Shown one piece after another: positions 12,810-26,560 of a stretch of 64,000 bases of DNA. The position numbers and the translations under genes were made by a program. The notes beneath the pieces are model-generated. The model made no database searches. It was given only the letters and a program-made list of their open reading frames with translations, and was not told the origin of the DNA. The stretch is from Cenococcum geophilum (Eukaryota): the NCBI GenBank assembly GCA_050273025.1, contig CP158635.1, forward strand, positions 3,906,001 to 3,970,000, in the 5' to 3' direction. Every line of letters begins with the position of its first letter. Within the stretch, counting starts at the first letter, position 1.

Positions 12810-15800
12810 CCGTAATCTTATCTAAATCCTTCCGTCTTACTTTAATACTGTCCCTTAGGTCCTCTAGTTACTTTTCTTTATTTAACCGCTCCTTAATATC
12901 TACTATTCCGATTATATTAACGAAGCTTTAAAACCTCTACTTAGGCAGGGCCTTTATAAGTCCATTGGCGATTATCTCCTTTATTGCTGTCTATTAAAAT
13001 CGTACTCGTCTTATTACGTATTCCTAACGTAGCCAGTATTAATAAATGTTAACGTGTTAGAGCTTTATAATTAGCTTTACCGTATCTTCTATAATTAGTT
13101 AAAGCGTCTAGGTATTATCGCATTTAATAATTAAGGGCTCGTTTAGGCGTAGCGTTATTACTTTAAACAGCCTACTAATAAAGATAGCTTCCTTTATTGT
13201 CTATAATAGGGCTAACAACTCGGCTTCTGTGCTCAACGTCGTAACCATACCCTACTTATTTACTCTTTAGGCGATCGGCCCCCTAAATAACTTTATAATA
13301 TATCCTTATAAGCTCTTTCTGTTAATGGAGTTGTCTGTAAATAATACGTCGCTAGCACAGATAAATAATTGCGCACCATCTCTTCCGTCATCTCGTCCTT
13401 TGTCGCGTATTTCTTTATCTCTCCCTCTACCGTTTATTCCTTCCTCATCTCCTCTATAGCAGATTGCTCTGCTTCTCATACCATATAAGTACTAGATAAC
13501 TCTATCTGCCGCTTAATAATACTCTTAGCTTAGGTTCTAATTAAACCTTACCAGCCGTAATACTATAAAGGTAATATCCGGACGCGTTATAGTGGCTACA
13601 TAGAGTACTAAACCCAATTTTCTCTAAAATAGCATTATAGAGGCTGGTAGGGATATAGGACAGACTAATAGGTCTATATTAGGGGACAGACGCGTTAGAC
13701 GGATTAATTGGTAATTAGTAGGGAGGAGTTCTAATTCTACTATAGGAGTATCTAGAAGACGCCCTTTAAGATCTATCTCGTACTAATTAGCTATCTTCTC
13801 TATATAGGCTTCCTAGGATAGCCATAGGAGCCTTTAGCTACAATCGCGTAGCACGTAGATTCCTAGGAACCATTTTAGCTCGCTAAGGGTACTTATCTAG
13901 TATTCCTTACTTAGCTCCTTAATTGCTTCTTAAGCTTTCTTCTTATCTATCTTTTAGTAGCAGAAGACAATATCGTTAATATAAAAGAAGACGACTATTC
14001 TACCTTTTAGCATAACACACGGCTCCTAAGGTACCTCTTTAAAACCCAATTCATTTAACAAGCTCGTGAGATTCTTCTGCTATAACAGTGGTAATCGTCA
14101 TAGTCCGTACAGGGCTTTTCTTAAGCGCAGTACTTTGTCTATTTTTCCTTTATTAAACCCTAGCGGTAGCTTTATATAGACGACCTCGTTAAGATCGCAA
14201 TAGACAAACGCATTAACTACATCTATCTATATCGTCTCTAGGTTGAATTTTGCGGTAATCGCCATAAGGGTTCAGAAGGTCGTACTAGCTAATGTAGTAG
14301 CTCTCGTAGGTAGGTCTCCTGGGGCCTATTAATTTCCGCAGACTACTAAGCGTGCCTTATATTTTTAGAGAAATCTATACTTATCCGTCTTATAAACGAA
14401 CACCCACATTAAGCTAAGGACCTGCTATCCCTTTACATACTTCTTATCTATTTCTTAAAACGACCTCATTTAATAATAAAATTGGAGATAAGCTCGCTAA
14501 GCTTCTTAGAACTAATCTTAAAAAGGATACGTATTAAGGTCGCGGATCAACTAAGGTAGCAGAGGTAAGTTCTTCCTGTGTAATCTAACATTACGTATTC
14601 TACCTAATTTTAGCTTATTATTATTAAGTTAACTATTAAGGTTAAACTTCCTTCCTGCTAAGAAGGCGCCATAATAGGCTAAAGTAATCCTTTTAGTAAT
14701 AAAGTCTTCAAACCTATAATCACCAGCTTCCTTAAACAAGTCTTTAACCGAGTTATTAAGCACCCCCTAAGTATTAAACGTATCTCCTACTTAATAAGCG
14801 ACATCTTAATCAGTATCTTATATATCTAACTTTATAGGATACTTAACGTAAAAGGCACATAGAGATTCTTTATCTTCTTCTATTAGAGGTGGCGTATAAT
14901 ATATATCTTTAAGAGCTCTTATAAGCTCAAGATCTACTAACTCATTAAAGATTTAAACTAGCTTATCAACGTCATCGTCTTCCTCTTAAATTAACGGTTT
15001 AAATACTTCTTTATTATCTTCCAGAAGAACCTTATTCTTAGTTAGGCTATTAGAAAGTTAAATCTTCTTAATTAGCGTTTCTAATTCGGCGTATAGATCC
15101 TTTAAGATGTCCGTTCGCTTACCATTAAAGAACGTCTTTTCATTAAAGATAACGTCCCTAATAGAGATGACGATACCTTTATAGGGGATCCAGATCCTAT
15201 AGATATTAGTAGAGTTATAGCCAACGAGGTAGTTAATATAGGCTCGCGGATCTAGCTTGCTCAGCCTTTTCTTCTTCAGCTAGGCGTCCAACGTCATCGC
15301 ATACGCCCTACAGCCGTAGGCTTTTAGGTACGCCAGTTGCGGCTTTCTTAATCTCCTATTAGCTAGAAAGGTATAGAACCTCTCATATAGCGATTTCCAA
15401 CCGTTGCTTTCCCGTAGCGTTCGATCTCGAAGGTAGACTATATAGTTAACTATCTCATTCCATAGGTCGTATAGTAGATTAGCAGCAATTCTTATTGCTC
15501 GTGCTCTCTTAATAATTACACCCCCTAAGCGTTTAGTGGTATTATTCTATGCTTAGGTATATGGCGCCGAAGGCTTAAATATAATCCCTTAGGTCCGTAG
15601 CTATTTAAGGGTTCTCCTTCTCCCTAGCTCGTTGTCTAATCTAATAGTATTAACTTTAAGGTTATACCTCAGACAAATCTATTAGATAAAGTCTTTAAGT
15701 ACTTATAGTGTCTCCTTCTCCTTACTATGCGTTATTATAAAATACGGAAAGGTTCTTCTTAAGAAGGTATTATAGATAAGTATAACTCGTACAAATCCAG

Positions 15801-17685
15801 TATACGCTTCCTTAAGGTTAGTCCAGTCAATATAGAGGTTAAAATAAGGTTTATTAATATTCTATTTTAAGAACCTTCTTAAGACCTAACGCTTAATTTT
15901 AGCGAGACTGTAATATTAATATTCCGTTATCTTAGGGCCTTAAAGCTTAACTCCTAGGGCGTTAATACCTAAATAATAAAGGCTTATAGGTCCTAGATGT
16001 CCTAGACGCAGATACTATAGATATATATTACCTTTTAAATCTAGACAAGCGTCTCTTAATAATATCCGCTTCCGTTAACGGCGCATTAAACGGCTAATAT
16101 TAAATGCGGATTTTAAGTTTCCTAATTAAACGTATTTAATAGTCTGTTATCTATAACGTTCTTCTATTTAATATAGGATTATATTATCCTTTTAAACAAG
16201 AAGATTATTATCTCCTTTATTGTCCTAGTAGTACCCTTATTTTTAAAGTAGACGGAACGACACTAGATTTATATTAAAGTCTATATAAAAGGCAACGTCC
16301 TTAAAACATAGGGTTCCCTTACTCTTATCTAGTTTTATAACTTAGACAGTAATATTGCCGTAGCCTAGTATAGGTACTTATAAGCTGCCGGCGATTACGT
16401 ATTTATATCTTAAAGCTTTCCTTAAGTTATAGAAATAAGAGAGGTTATTAAAGATATAGAGAGTGGTTCCTAAGTTAAGGATAGTTAATAGCTTTAGTGG
16501 ATGGGGTTAACCGGTATAATACGATTCTAGGAATATCGCATTAGCTTCTCCCTTAATCTTAACTATTTCGTAACTCTTCTCGTCCTATTATTATTAAGCC
16601 TTATCTTCTTATTCTTTAAGTCTAATCTTCGCAACTTAGTTAGCGAGATCCTTATTCCCTTATACCTTCTTTAGTACCCTATTAATGCGATTCTCTCTAA
16701 TTGTAACTCCTACAGGTTTCTTCTCTTTAAATAAACACTAATAGTCCTAAAGTGAATATCCTCGTCTTTTGCACGCTAAGCACTCGGGTATAGGTTTCTT
16801 TTAGAATGTCTTTTTAACCAGTAACCTGGCTCTCTTTAAGCAACTAGTGCATACTAAGGTCTTTCTTTATAAGCCTTTAATAGTATTAAAGTAATTCTTA
16901 ATAGCTTACTCTACGAAGTCTACATTAAAGGTACTCCCCCTTATAATAGCATTAGCTTTCTTTAAGGGTCTTATAAGTCCTTCTTGCAGCTCCTTTACTA
17001 CTTTACGGTATTTAGAAGATCTCAACTTCTAAGGGTTATTTAACTTAGTAGTGTACTTCACATAGTAGGCGTCGCTAAAAGGTCGAATAACGTCTGCCAA
17101 ATCTTAAAGCTAGATTCCTTCTAATATTTAAGGGATCTTATACTTCTCTCCTAGTACCATTATATGTTCCCATTAATCTAGCCATTAGTTTAATTTTAAC
17201 AACTATTTAAACCCCTTAAGGGCTTCTGTATACTGGTATTGTACCTTCTTCCTAACAAACAACAAGGTAGGTTCTGTATTCTCCTTTAACCGAGATAGCC
17301 ATTCTTTAATGGTTAAGAAAGGGTCAAGCAGTAGCTTCTTCTAAATTAATACTATAGACGTGATCTAGGTGCGTATCTATTGCAGATACTCTTCCTATTT
17401 CAGGAAGTACTTTATATCTTGGTTATAGTATTATCTACTATTCTCATACGCTCTCTGTTAATTCGTTAAGAACTATATATATAAGGTCGCATTCTTATTA
17501 AAGTCTATAACCTTTAAAAGAGGTAGTTTTTCAAGTAGACCTTCTTAAGGTACTTCTGTGGCTGGGTTAACGTGGGCCCAAATTTGCTAATCTACAAGGG
17601 CTTGTAGTTGCTAAATCTATTACTCCCAGTCTTCTAGCTTATTAAGGATAATCATGGTCAACGAACTCAACGTCGGTAGAGTCAT
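12810..17685 (-). pseudogene. Copia B gag-pol polyprotein (gag, protease, integrase, RT, RNase H), RIP stops
   Basis: ATG at 17685. Motifs HLRLGHLG, LKAYGCRAY, KARLVVCG, LRKALYGL, FFYI(D)DI, STEAELLA in Copia order (integrase before RT). Confidence 0.88.
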
Positions 17686-17723
17686 TTGACTAATAGGTAA
17701 AGGAGGAATTGAGATGGTATTTT

Positions 17724-18050
17724 GTCGTTAGGATCGTCCTTATCGTCAGGATCATCCTTATCATCAGAATCGTCCTTATCGTCAGGATCGTCCTATGACG
17801 ATTAAGATGGAATCTCGTGGAATCTCGTGGAATCTCATGTCAGGATCATCCTTTAACGATAAGGTTAAATCTCTCATTAGGATCGTCCTTTGATAATAAG
17901 GTCGAATCTCTCATTAGGATCGTCCTGTGACAATAAGGTCGAATCTTATAGAATCTCGTGGAATCTTGTCCTGTAACAATTAAGGTAGGATTTCTATCAG
18001 AGTCTGCGTCTTAACAATAAGGTATCAGAGTCTAACGATAAGGTAGAATT
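17724..18050. repeat. Degenerate tandem repeats in the 5' leader of Copia B
   Basis: 18-bp gtcaggatcgtccttatc units, 10-bp ggaatctcgt units and longer composite units. Confidence 0.8.
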
Positions 18051-21000
18051 TCTTTAAATAATTAAATAATAGCTAAATAGCTTCTTATCTTGGCGGACTG
18101 GGCTTATAACTATTATAAAGCTCGTATTAAGCTGTTCATTAATGAAATGGGTTGATTAATTAATAATCTTGTTTTAAGGTTAATTAACCTTAGACCTAGG
18201 GCCCTCGGGCTCAGATAAAGAGGTTTACACTGCACGTGACTCATGCACGTGACTCGTGCACGGTCTACGCCTCCAGAGAATACAGATTATCTAACAATAG
18301 CTAATCTACTTTAAGAAAGCATTTCTCCTTAATTAGGTTAGCGAGCTCTTATACGTTAATTATCTTATTAATAGGAAGGTATTAGATATACTTTAAAAAC
18401 CTATTAATAAGTACAAGAACCAAATTATATATTTATCCTTAGCCATCTTTAGATAGCGGGAGATCCGTAATAAAGTCTATAGCGTAATATCGCTATAGCT
18501 TACTAGCGGGGGGAACTAATTTAAGTAGACCCTATAGCTTATGCCTACAGATCTTATATACTTAATACTTCTCGCAATAGCTAATATACTCCTTTGCTTC
18601 CTAATTAAGCCTTAGCCAATAGTATTTACGCTAAAGTAATTTTACTATCTTTACTTGACCATAGTGGCCACCTAGGGGATTATCGTAATTCTTTATAAGA
18701 ATCTTCTGTTGTAAATTTACTTCTTATAGCACCCAAACCTTACCACCTCTACATAGTAGGCCCATTAGGTCTAGTTCCTAATAGTAGCACCTAGCAGCTT
18801 TCTTTCTATTACGTTTCCGGTCTACTTCCGTATTAAGGATAGCATAAAAAGCGTCCCTTTATTACACCTTATAGATAAAATCTATTAAACTTTTAGATAG
18901 TTCCCAGGTAAAAGCTATTTTATCCCATACTGCTCTAAGTATAAGACTAGATAGTACTATAGATCTTACAACTCTTTAATATACGTGTATTAGAAAGGCC
19001 GCTACAAGGTTAAAGTCCTTTAATTATTACAGGGCTCCAAGTTCCGATTACTCTATAGCTTCGCTATTTATTTAAGGAAATAGCTTAGCAATTAGAGATA
19101 GTGTATTACTAGGTTCCAAGAATATATTAGGGACATCCTATCTAGGTATATTTGGACCCTTATTAGCAACAGACCAGGTACTAGCCGGAACATTAATAAA
19201 AACCAATAGGGCTTACACCGCCTAAGACTTAGTGTATAAAGCTGTGGGTATTTAAGCATCCTATACCTAAAGCTTATTCTATAATATAGGGAGTAAGATA
19301 TCTATTATCTATTTTCCTTCTCTTGTTTTAAAGCCTTTAGTATAGTCTAGCCGTCATAACGGTTTATTAGCAGGGTTATTTTCCCCTAGCTTATATTTAA
19401 TCTTAAAATTAAATTATATAAGCTCCTCTACCTATCTAGCTTATTAAGGTATAAGCTCCTTTATAGTTATAAAGTAGCGTAGATTATAGTAATCTAAGAG
19501 TATATAAGTGGTATAGCTTACGTGCTTAAGGTAGTATCGCCACTATTTAAAGCAGTTAACTATAGCCAGCAGTTCTTTATTATAGGTATAATACCTAACT
19601 TTAGGTCCCTAGAATTTTCTACTATAAAATGCTACTGGTCTTTAATAGAGCTAGGTAGCGTCCGGATGCCTATTAGGTTATAGTAGGATACTAATAAGGG
19701 CAAAATTTAATACATTAGTAATTATTATTAATAGCTAATCTAGGTCAAAATGCCGTAGTAATAGAGCTTTTATAAACTTTACGCGAAGTTTTTAAAAGGC
19801 CTCCTAAACCTTTCTAGGCTATAACTATAGCTTATACTATTTAGTTAGTTCCTTCTTAGTTTTCTTCCTTACCGCCTTTAAGCTTTTTGCTCCTTAGGTT
19901 AGGTCTTAGGAAGCTTCCATAATATAGTTAAATAGGTATTAGGCGATATCTAAGTAGTTATAGATAAAGCGCCTATAGAAATTAGTAAAGCCTAGAAATA
20001 CTTAAATATCCTAATAGCTCTCTAGCTCCGGCCACTTCTGGATTATTTACACCCTTACTAGGTCTATAACTACACCTATAGGCGTTATAATATACCCTAG
20101 GAACTTAACCTACTTAGTATTAAAGATATACTTTAACGCCTTAGCGTAAAGGCCCTAATTATCTAAACGTTCCAGCACTTCGCGGACGTATTACTTATAT
20201 TAATCCTTATCTTCTAAGTAAATTAAGATATTATCTAAATAGACGACGTATATACGGTCAACTAGTCCCCCTAAGGCTTTATAAATATACAATTGGAATA
20301 TTATAGGCGCATTAGCTAGCCTAAAAGGCATCACTAGATACTTAAAGTGGCTATATTAGGTCTTAAAAGCGGTCTTCTACTTATCCCCTTCTTTAATACG
20401 GAGCCTATAATAGGCGTCTTATAGATTTAACTTTATAAAGATCTTCGCCCTAAATAGTTAATCTAGTATTTCACTAACTAGTAGTAGTAGGTAACGGTTT
20501 TTAATTATAATCTTATTAAGACCGTAATAGTCTATATATAGCCTTATAGTTCTATTTAGTTTTAGAATAAAGAGGATCGGCGCGCCTAATAGCGACTTAA
20601 TAAGCCGGATCTATCCCTTTTCTAGTAAGCCATTAAGGCACTCCCATAGAATCTTAAGCTCTTTACGCAAGAGGTTATAAATAGGAAGGTTTAGCGGTTA
20701 CTTACTTTCTTCCAGATTAATTATATAATCGTACTCCGAGTTCTATAGTAGGACTTTAGCTCTCCTACCTAAAAATACCCTTAATAAGTCCCTTAGGCCT
20801 ACTGGAATATTTAACAAATTAGGGTCACGTTTATCCTCCGTATTATTATTAGGTAGGTCCTAAAGCTCCCTTAAGATACTCACGGGCAGTATTATACGCT
20901 ATAGTAGTTGCTTATATATAGTTGCCACCATATATTAAACTGTTTTATATAGTAGCTAGTAAAGGATAGGGAACTCCTTAACGTAGCGTTCGAGGTACCA

Positions 21001-23710
21001 TAGTATACTCTCTGTATATTACTTAAGCCAGAGTAACCCGTAGCGGTTAAAGTATCTTATAAGATCCTTAAGATCGCCGCCTCCCTATAATATCTCCGTG
21101 ACCTATCTAGTAGTTCCCCATAGGGTTTCCGTTATAGAGAGGTTATTACCTTACTAGGCTCTATACCTATCTTGCTATTAAACAGGGGTTAAATCTAATA
21201 CTCCTTTAGGTATAGAGCGTATACTATTTCGCCTAGGGCTATATTCTTTAGGATGTCCTTTAGGCTTATTAGTAATATACGCCCTTCTAAATCTTTATCG
21301 TTCCACTATTTAAAGGCTCCAGTCTTAAAGCGTATCTTAGGATCTACTTCTATAAGCTAAGGGTATCTAAGGATAAGGTTATAACCTACGAAGTTAGCCG
21401 CCTAAAAGGGTTACGGGCCAACTACCTTAGTGCGGTTATATATGTCGGCTACTAACATTATAAGCTTATAGGCACTATATAGCTTAATCCAATGCTTATC
21501 TAGAAAGCCTATAATAGGTTTCCGCCACCTTTACAATAGGATAAGTTTATACTCTTTTACTAAATTATATTATATAAGATTGATTTCAGCGCCGCTATTA
21601 TATAGTGCTTAGAACTATTATACCTTACCTATAAGGAGTGTTATTTCTAGCTTAATAGTAATACAGAGAGTCTTTCCTTCTATATCTTGCCCTAGTTATA
21701 GTTAGGAGAGGTCCGTAACTAGGGCTTTTCTTTTTTTAGATTATTAGTGCGGTTATTACCCTACTTATTTTTCCAATAGGATCTACCTCCGGAGTTTTCT
21801 CTTAACTTCTTAGAGTATTCCCATAAAGGCGCCGGATAGGTATTAGGTTAACCCTAAAAGTCTTTCCCGTTATTTAAGGTTCCTAACTTTAACCCTTTTA
21901 AAGTTCTCTTTAAGAACGGCTTCTTTAAAGGTTGGGTCTGCCCTATATTACTACTAGAGTGCCCACGCTTTTAGTAACCCCTTAACTTCCTACCGGAAGA
22001 GGTCTAGTTCCTTACTATATCCTCGGCGTTTAGAACCGCTCGTTTAAAATCCATATATACGGTAATCCGCGGTAGGGCTCCTACACGCTTTATTTTATTA
22101 CGAATTACTAGCTTAATTCTAGCCTAGATAAATCCGATCTTCTCCTTTTTACGGACGCTACCGTCCTTATTTTTAAAGGGCTCTAGATCCATCTATTAAG
22201 CATAAGTTTCTATAAAGTTTATAAACTGGCGGAAGTCTTAACGGTCCAGCTACGTACCATTTTAGAATTATTTTATATTGTTATATTATATAACATACGG
22301 ATCTTAGGTCTAACCCTTTAGAAAAGTCTATAGCTATAGCCATATTATAATTTACTCTTTATTAAGTTAATTAAGCGCGATCTAGTTTAGCAATCAGTTT
22401 TTAATCTTACTAATAATCCAGCGTGTACGCTCTTTAGTATCATCTCGTATTATTAGTATCTTAAAGAAGTTATCTACCTCGCAAACCCAATCGTCCAGCT
22501 ATTAGGCGTTAGGTCTATAACGAAGTTCTAGACTACCAAAGGCCTTAGCTAGTCGGTCTATGTCCTTTTTCCGTTTATTACGTAGGTGCCTCTCTAAGTC
22601 TTCCACACCTCCTTAGGTAGGTACTAGGTAGCCCCTAGGAAGCCCTTAGCCTTAACTAGGTTATAAAAAAATTTACCTAGCTTAGATTAAACCCTACTAA
22701 ATATAGATTTGCCCTTAAAGGGTTCTAATATATTTATTAGTAGCTTCCTCCCGCATAGCTTCTAAGAGCCTTGCGATAGCTTCCCAATATCCGTCTTAAA
22801 GGAGATTAGTATAGAGCTCTTAACCTTCTAAACTTAGGCCTAGAGAAGCTCCTGCTATAGAGGTAGTATTAGCACTAGTGGCTAGTACAGGTTTCCCAAT
22901 AAGCCTCGGGTCTTAAGTTAGTGTTTAGGTTTAGTTTCCTAAAGGGGTAGGCCCACTTAGCTCGTAAGCAGTCTATATACTACTACTATACTAATTATAG
23001 GCTGGTGGTCTTCTAGGAGGGTTTTGGTTGGGTCCCTAGTTAGACGCGTTAGTGTATTCCTTTGGCATTTCTAGCTTAGGGGAAGATCTTAGGGTCGCCT
23101 CTAGCGCTTAATCTTCTAATTAGCCTAGGTAGGGCCGGAGGGGTTCCAGTTACTTTCTAATAGCGTTATAACCGTTATAAAGGGTATCTGCGTTTTCCTT
23201 AGCGTTGCCAGTGACCGTAGGTATACAAGAGTCTTTAAGCTCCTAGAGCATCTAGGTATTAGGGCTTATTTAGCCGTCTTACCTAGAGGGTTATATTATT
23301 GTAATCTCTCGCTATTAGAGGGACCTTCCTACCTTTACGCAACGGCTTTCCATAAGGTATCCGTGGAGTTTCCATTTAGGTCGTCACGAGATTTTAAGGG
23401 AGGATAGTAGTTGTAAATAAAAGATGTAAATAAACAATCTGGTCCTTAAAGCCAACTACCCTTTTAAAAAGAGTAGGAAGGATTTAAATATAAGGGGATT
23501 TTATAGACAGGGGGCTATAAGGACACGATTGTGAAACAGGATAGATTGGTAAAAGAGACGAATCCTTAAGGAGGTAAGGCCTCTAGGATTATGGAGACTA
23601 TATACTACGGGCACGTGCCTCCGGCACATAACCGGCGACCATCTAAGGGGCGTCCGGGGGTTGTCCTGAGGGCAACCCGAGGTGTCCGCAATAATATCCC
23701 TTACACCCGT

Positions 23711-26560
23711 ATTAAAAAAGGAGATAAGTAAAAGACCGCTTTTAAGACCTAATATAGCTACTTTAAGTATCTAGTAATACCTTTCAGGCCAGCCAATACG
23801 CCTATAATATTTTAATTATATATTTATAGAGCCTTAGGGAAACTAGTTAACCGTATATATATTATCTATTTAAATAATATCCTAATCTACTTAAAAGATA
23901 AGGATTAGTATAAGTAATATATTAGCGAAGTACTAAAACGTTTAGATAATTAGGGCCTTTATACTAAGGCATTAAAGTATATTTTTAATACTAAACAGGT
24001 TAAGTTTTTAGGTTATATTATAACGCTTATAGGTATAGTTATAGACCTAGTACGGGTATAGATAATTTAAGAGTAGCTAGAGCTAGAGAGCTACTAGGAT
24101 ATTTAAGTATTCCTAGGCTTTACTAATTTCTATAGGCGCTTTATCTATAACTACTTAGACATCACCTAATACCTATTTAACTATATTATAAAAGCTTCCT
24201 AAAACCCAGCCTAAGGAGTAAAAAGCTTAAAGGCGGAAAGAAAGAAAACTAAAAATGGACTAACTAAGTAGTATAAACTATAGTTATAGCCTAGAAAGGT
24301 TTAGGAGGCCTTTTAGGAACTATATATAAAGTTTATAAAGCTTTATTACTGCGGCATTTTAACTTAGATTAGCTACTAATAATAGTTACTAATATATTAA
24401 ATTTTGCTTTTATTAGTATCCTACTATAACCTAATAGGTATCTAGACGCTACCTACCTCTACTGAAGGCTAGTAATATTTTATAGTAGAAAATTTTAGGG
24501 GCCTAAAGTTAGGTATTATACCCATAATAAGGAACTGCTTACTATAGTTAACTACTTTAAATAATAGCGACACTACCTTAAGCACGTAAGTTATACTACT
24601 TATATACTCTTAGATTATTATAATCTATACTACTTTATAACTATAAAGAAGCTTATACCTTAATAGGCTAAATAGGTAGAGGAACTTGCGCGATTTAATT
24701 TTAAGATTAAATATAAGCTAGGGGGAAATAACCCTACTAATAGACCGTTATAACGGCTAGATTATGCTAAAGGCTTTAAAATAGAAGAAGGAAAATAAAT
24801 AATAGATATTTTGCTCCCTATATTATAGAATAAGCTTTAGGTATAGGATACTTAAGTACCTATAGCTTTATATACTAAGTCTTAAGTAGTATAAGCCCTA
24901 TTAGTTTCTATTAACATTTTAGCTAGTACCTAGTCCATTACTAATAAGGGTCCAAATATACCTAAATAGGACGTCCCTAATATATTCTTAGAACCTAGTA
25001 ATATATTACCTCTAATTACTAAGCTATTCCCTTAAACTAATAGCGAAGCTATAGAGTAATTGGAACTCGGAGCCCTATAATAATTAAAGGACTTTAACCT
25101 TATAGCGGCCTTCCTAATATATATATATTAAGAAGTTATAAGATCTATAGTACTATCTAATCTTATACTTAGAGTAGTATAGAATAAAATAGCTTTTACT
25201 TAGGAACTATCTAAAAGGCTAACGGATTTTATCTATAAGGTATAATAGAGGGACGCCTTCTATACTACCTTTAATGTAAAAGTAGATCGAAAATATAATA
25301 AAAAGGAAGCTATTAGGTGCTACTATTGGGAACTAGACCTAATAGGCCTACTACATAGAGGTAGTAAGGTTTAGGTGCTATAAGAAGTAAATCTATAATA
25401 GAAGATTCTTATAAAGAATTACAATAATTCTCTAGGCAGCTATTATAGTTAAGCTAATTACAGATCTCCCGCTATCTAAAGATAGCTAAGGATAAACATA
25501 CAATTTGGTTCTTATACTTATTAATAGGTTTTTAAAGTACGTCTAATACCTTCCTATTAATAAGACAAATAATATATAAACGCTTACTAACCTAATTAAG
25601 GAGAAATGCTTTCTTAAAGTAGATTAGCCGTACTCTATTATTACTAATAGGGGCAGCGTTTTTATAAGCCAGTACTAGTTAGATTTATGCTTTTATTTAA
25701 AAATAGACTACTATTATAGTATAGCTTTCTATCTATAAACGGATGGGTAAATAGAACGCTAGAACTCGGAACTAGAGTCTTACTTATAAATATATTTAAA
25801 CTATTAGTAAGATAACTAGTATAAGCTACTTCTGTATATAAAGTACGCTTATAATTTAAAGTAATATATATAATATAAGTATGTACTAATCTAGATTACT
25901 TATAGTGTCTAACTATTTAGATTTAATAGTATACCTAGTAATTACTAGCTAAGACCGTATAATTAATTATAGGATCTTACTGGGAAGTTTAAGGATATTT
26001 ACTAAAGAGTATAAGGATACCTTTAAAAATAGGAGGAGTAATAAAAGTATATAAGTAGAGCCTATAAGATGCTTAAAAGTAGTAGAGACTTTAGTATAAT
26101 TATAAATACTAGGATAAGCATTTCGGAGTAGGTGATAAGGTTCTATTATATTTAACAAATATTAAGACCCGTTAACTATTAAAAAAGCTTAATATAAGAT
26201 ACCTAGGTCCTTTCTAAGTTAAAAAATAAATTAGTAAGCTAGCCTACCGTCTCTAGCTACTCCTATTTATAGCCTATATATATCTAGTATTTTATATAAA
26301 TCTACTAGAGCTATAGTATAGACTACTACCGGAAAAGAACTTCCGTCTAGGCCTAATTAAACACCCTAAGGTAGTAGGCAAGCGGTATAAGGTTAAAGCT
26401 ATACTATACTATAAGTCTATTAAAAATAAGCTTTAATATAAAGTTAAATAGCTAGGCTAGCCCGCTAAGGACTCTATATAAGAACTAAAGGATTACCTTA
26501 ATTATTATAAAGATATTCTAAAAGAATATTAGGACTAAGGTCCACAATCTATAAATTATT
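23711..26560 (+). pseudogene. A1 RT (C-part), RNase H, integrase and chromodomain
   Basis: Continues the frame broken at 8955: (DAY.R.R)IKKGD..KTAF; YL(DD)ILIY about 23865; HNKELL.IV; GQIER.N; YLGPF; YKVKW.GW-type chromodomain about 26380-26520. Confidence 0.88.

Larger units (their letters stand above)
12450..18296 (-). mobile_element. Full-length Ty1/Copia retrotransposon B inserted in the A2 integrase
   Basis: 186-bp LTRs 12450-12635 and 18111-18296; TSD atagc (12445-12449, 18297-18301). PBS-like gttataagccc next to the 5' LTR and PPT aagggggtg next to the 3' LTR. Confidence 0.95.
8956..23705 (-). mobile_element. Full-length Gypsy chromovirus copy A2 (same family as A1), inverted, containing Copia B
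   Basis: LTRs 8956-9172 and 23489-23705; TSD cccgt at 8951-8955 and 23706-23710; PPT at about 9176-9188. gag from about 23353, RT (VVYLDNILIY about 20225-20250), RNase H, integrase, chromodomain about 11540-11700. Confidence 0.95.

Noticed and set aside
12582..12815. 77-aa ORF with a hydrophobic end
   Set aside because: Antisense across the Copia B LTR and 3' UTR.
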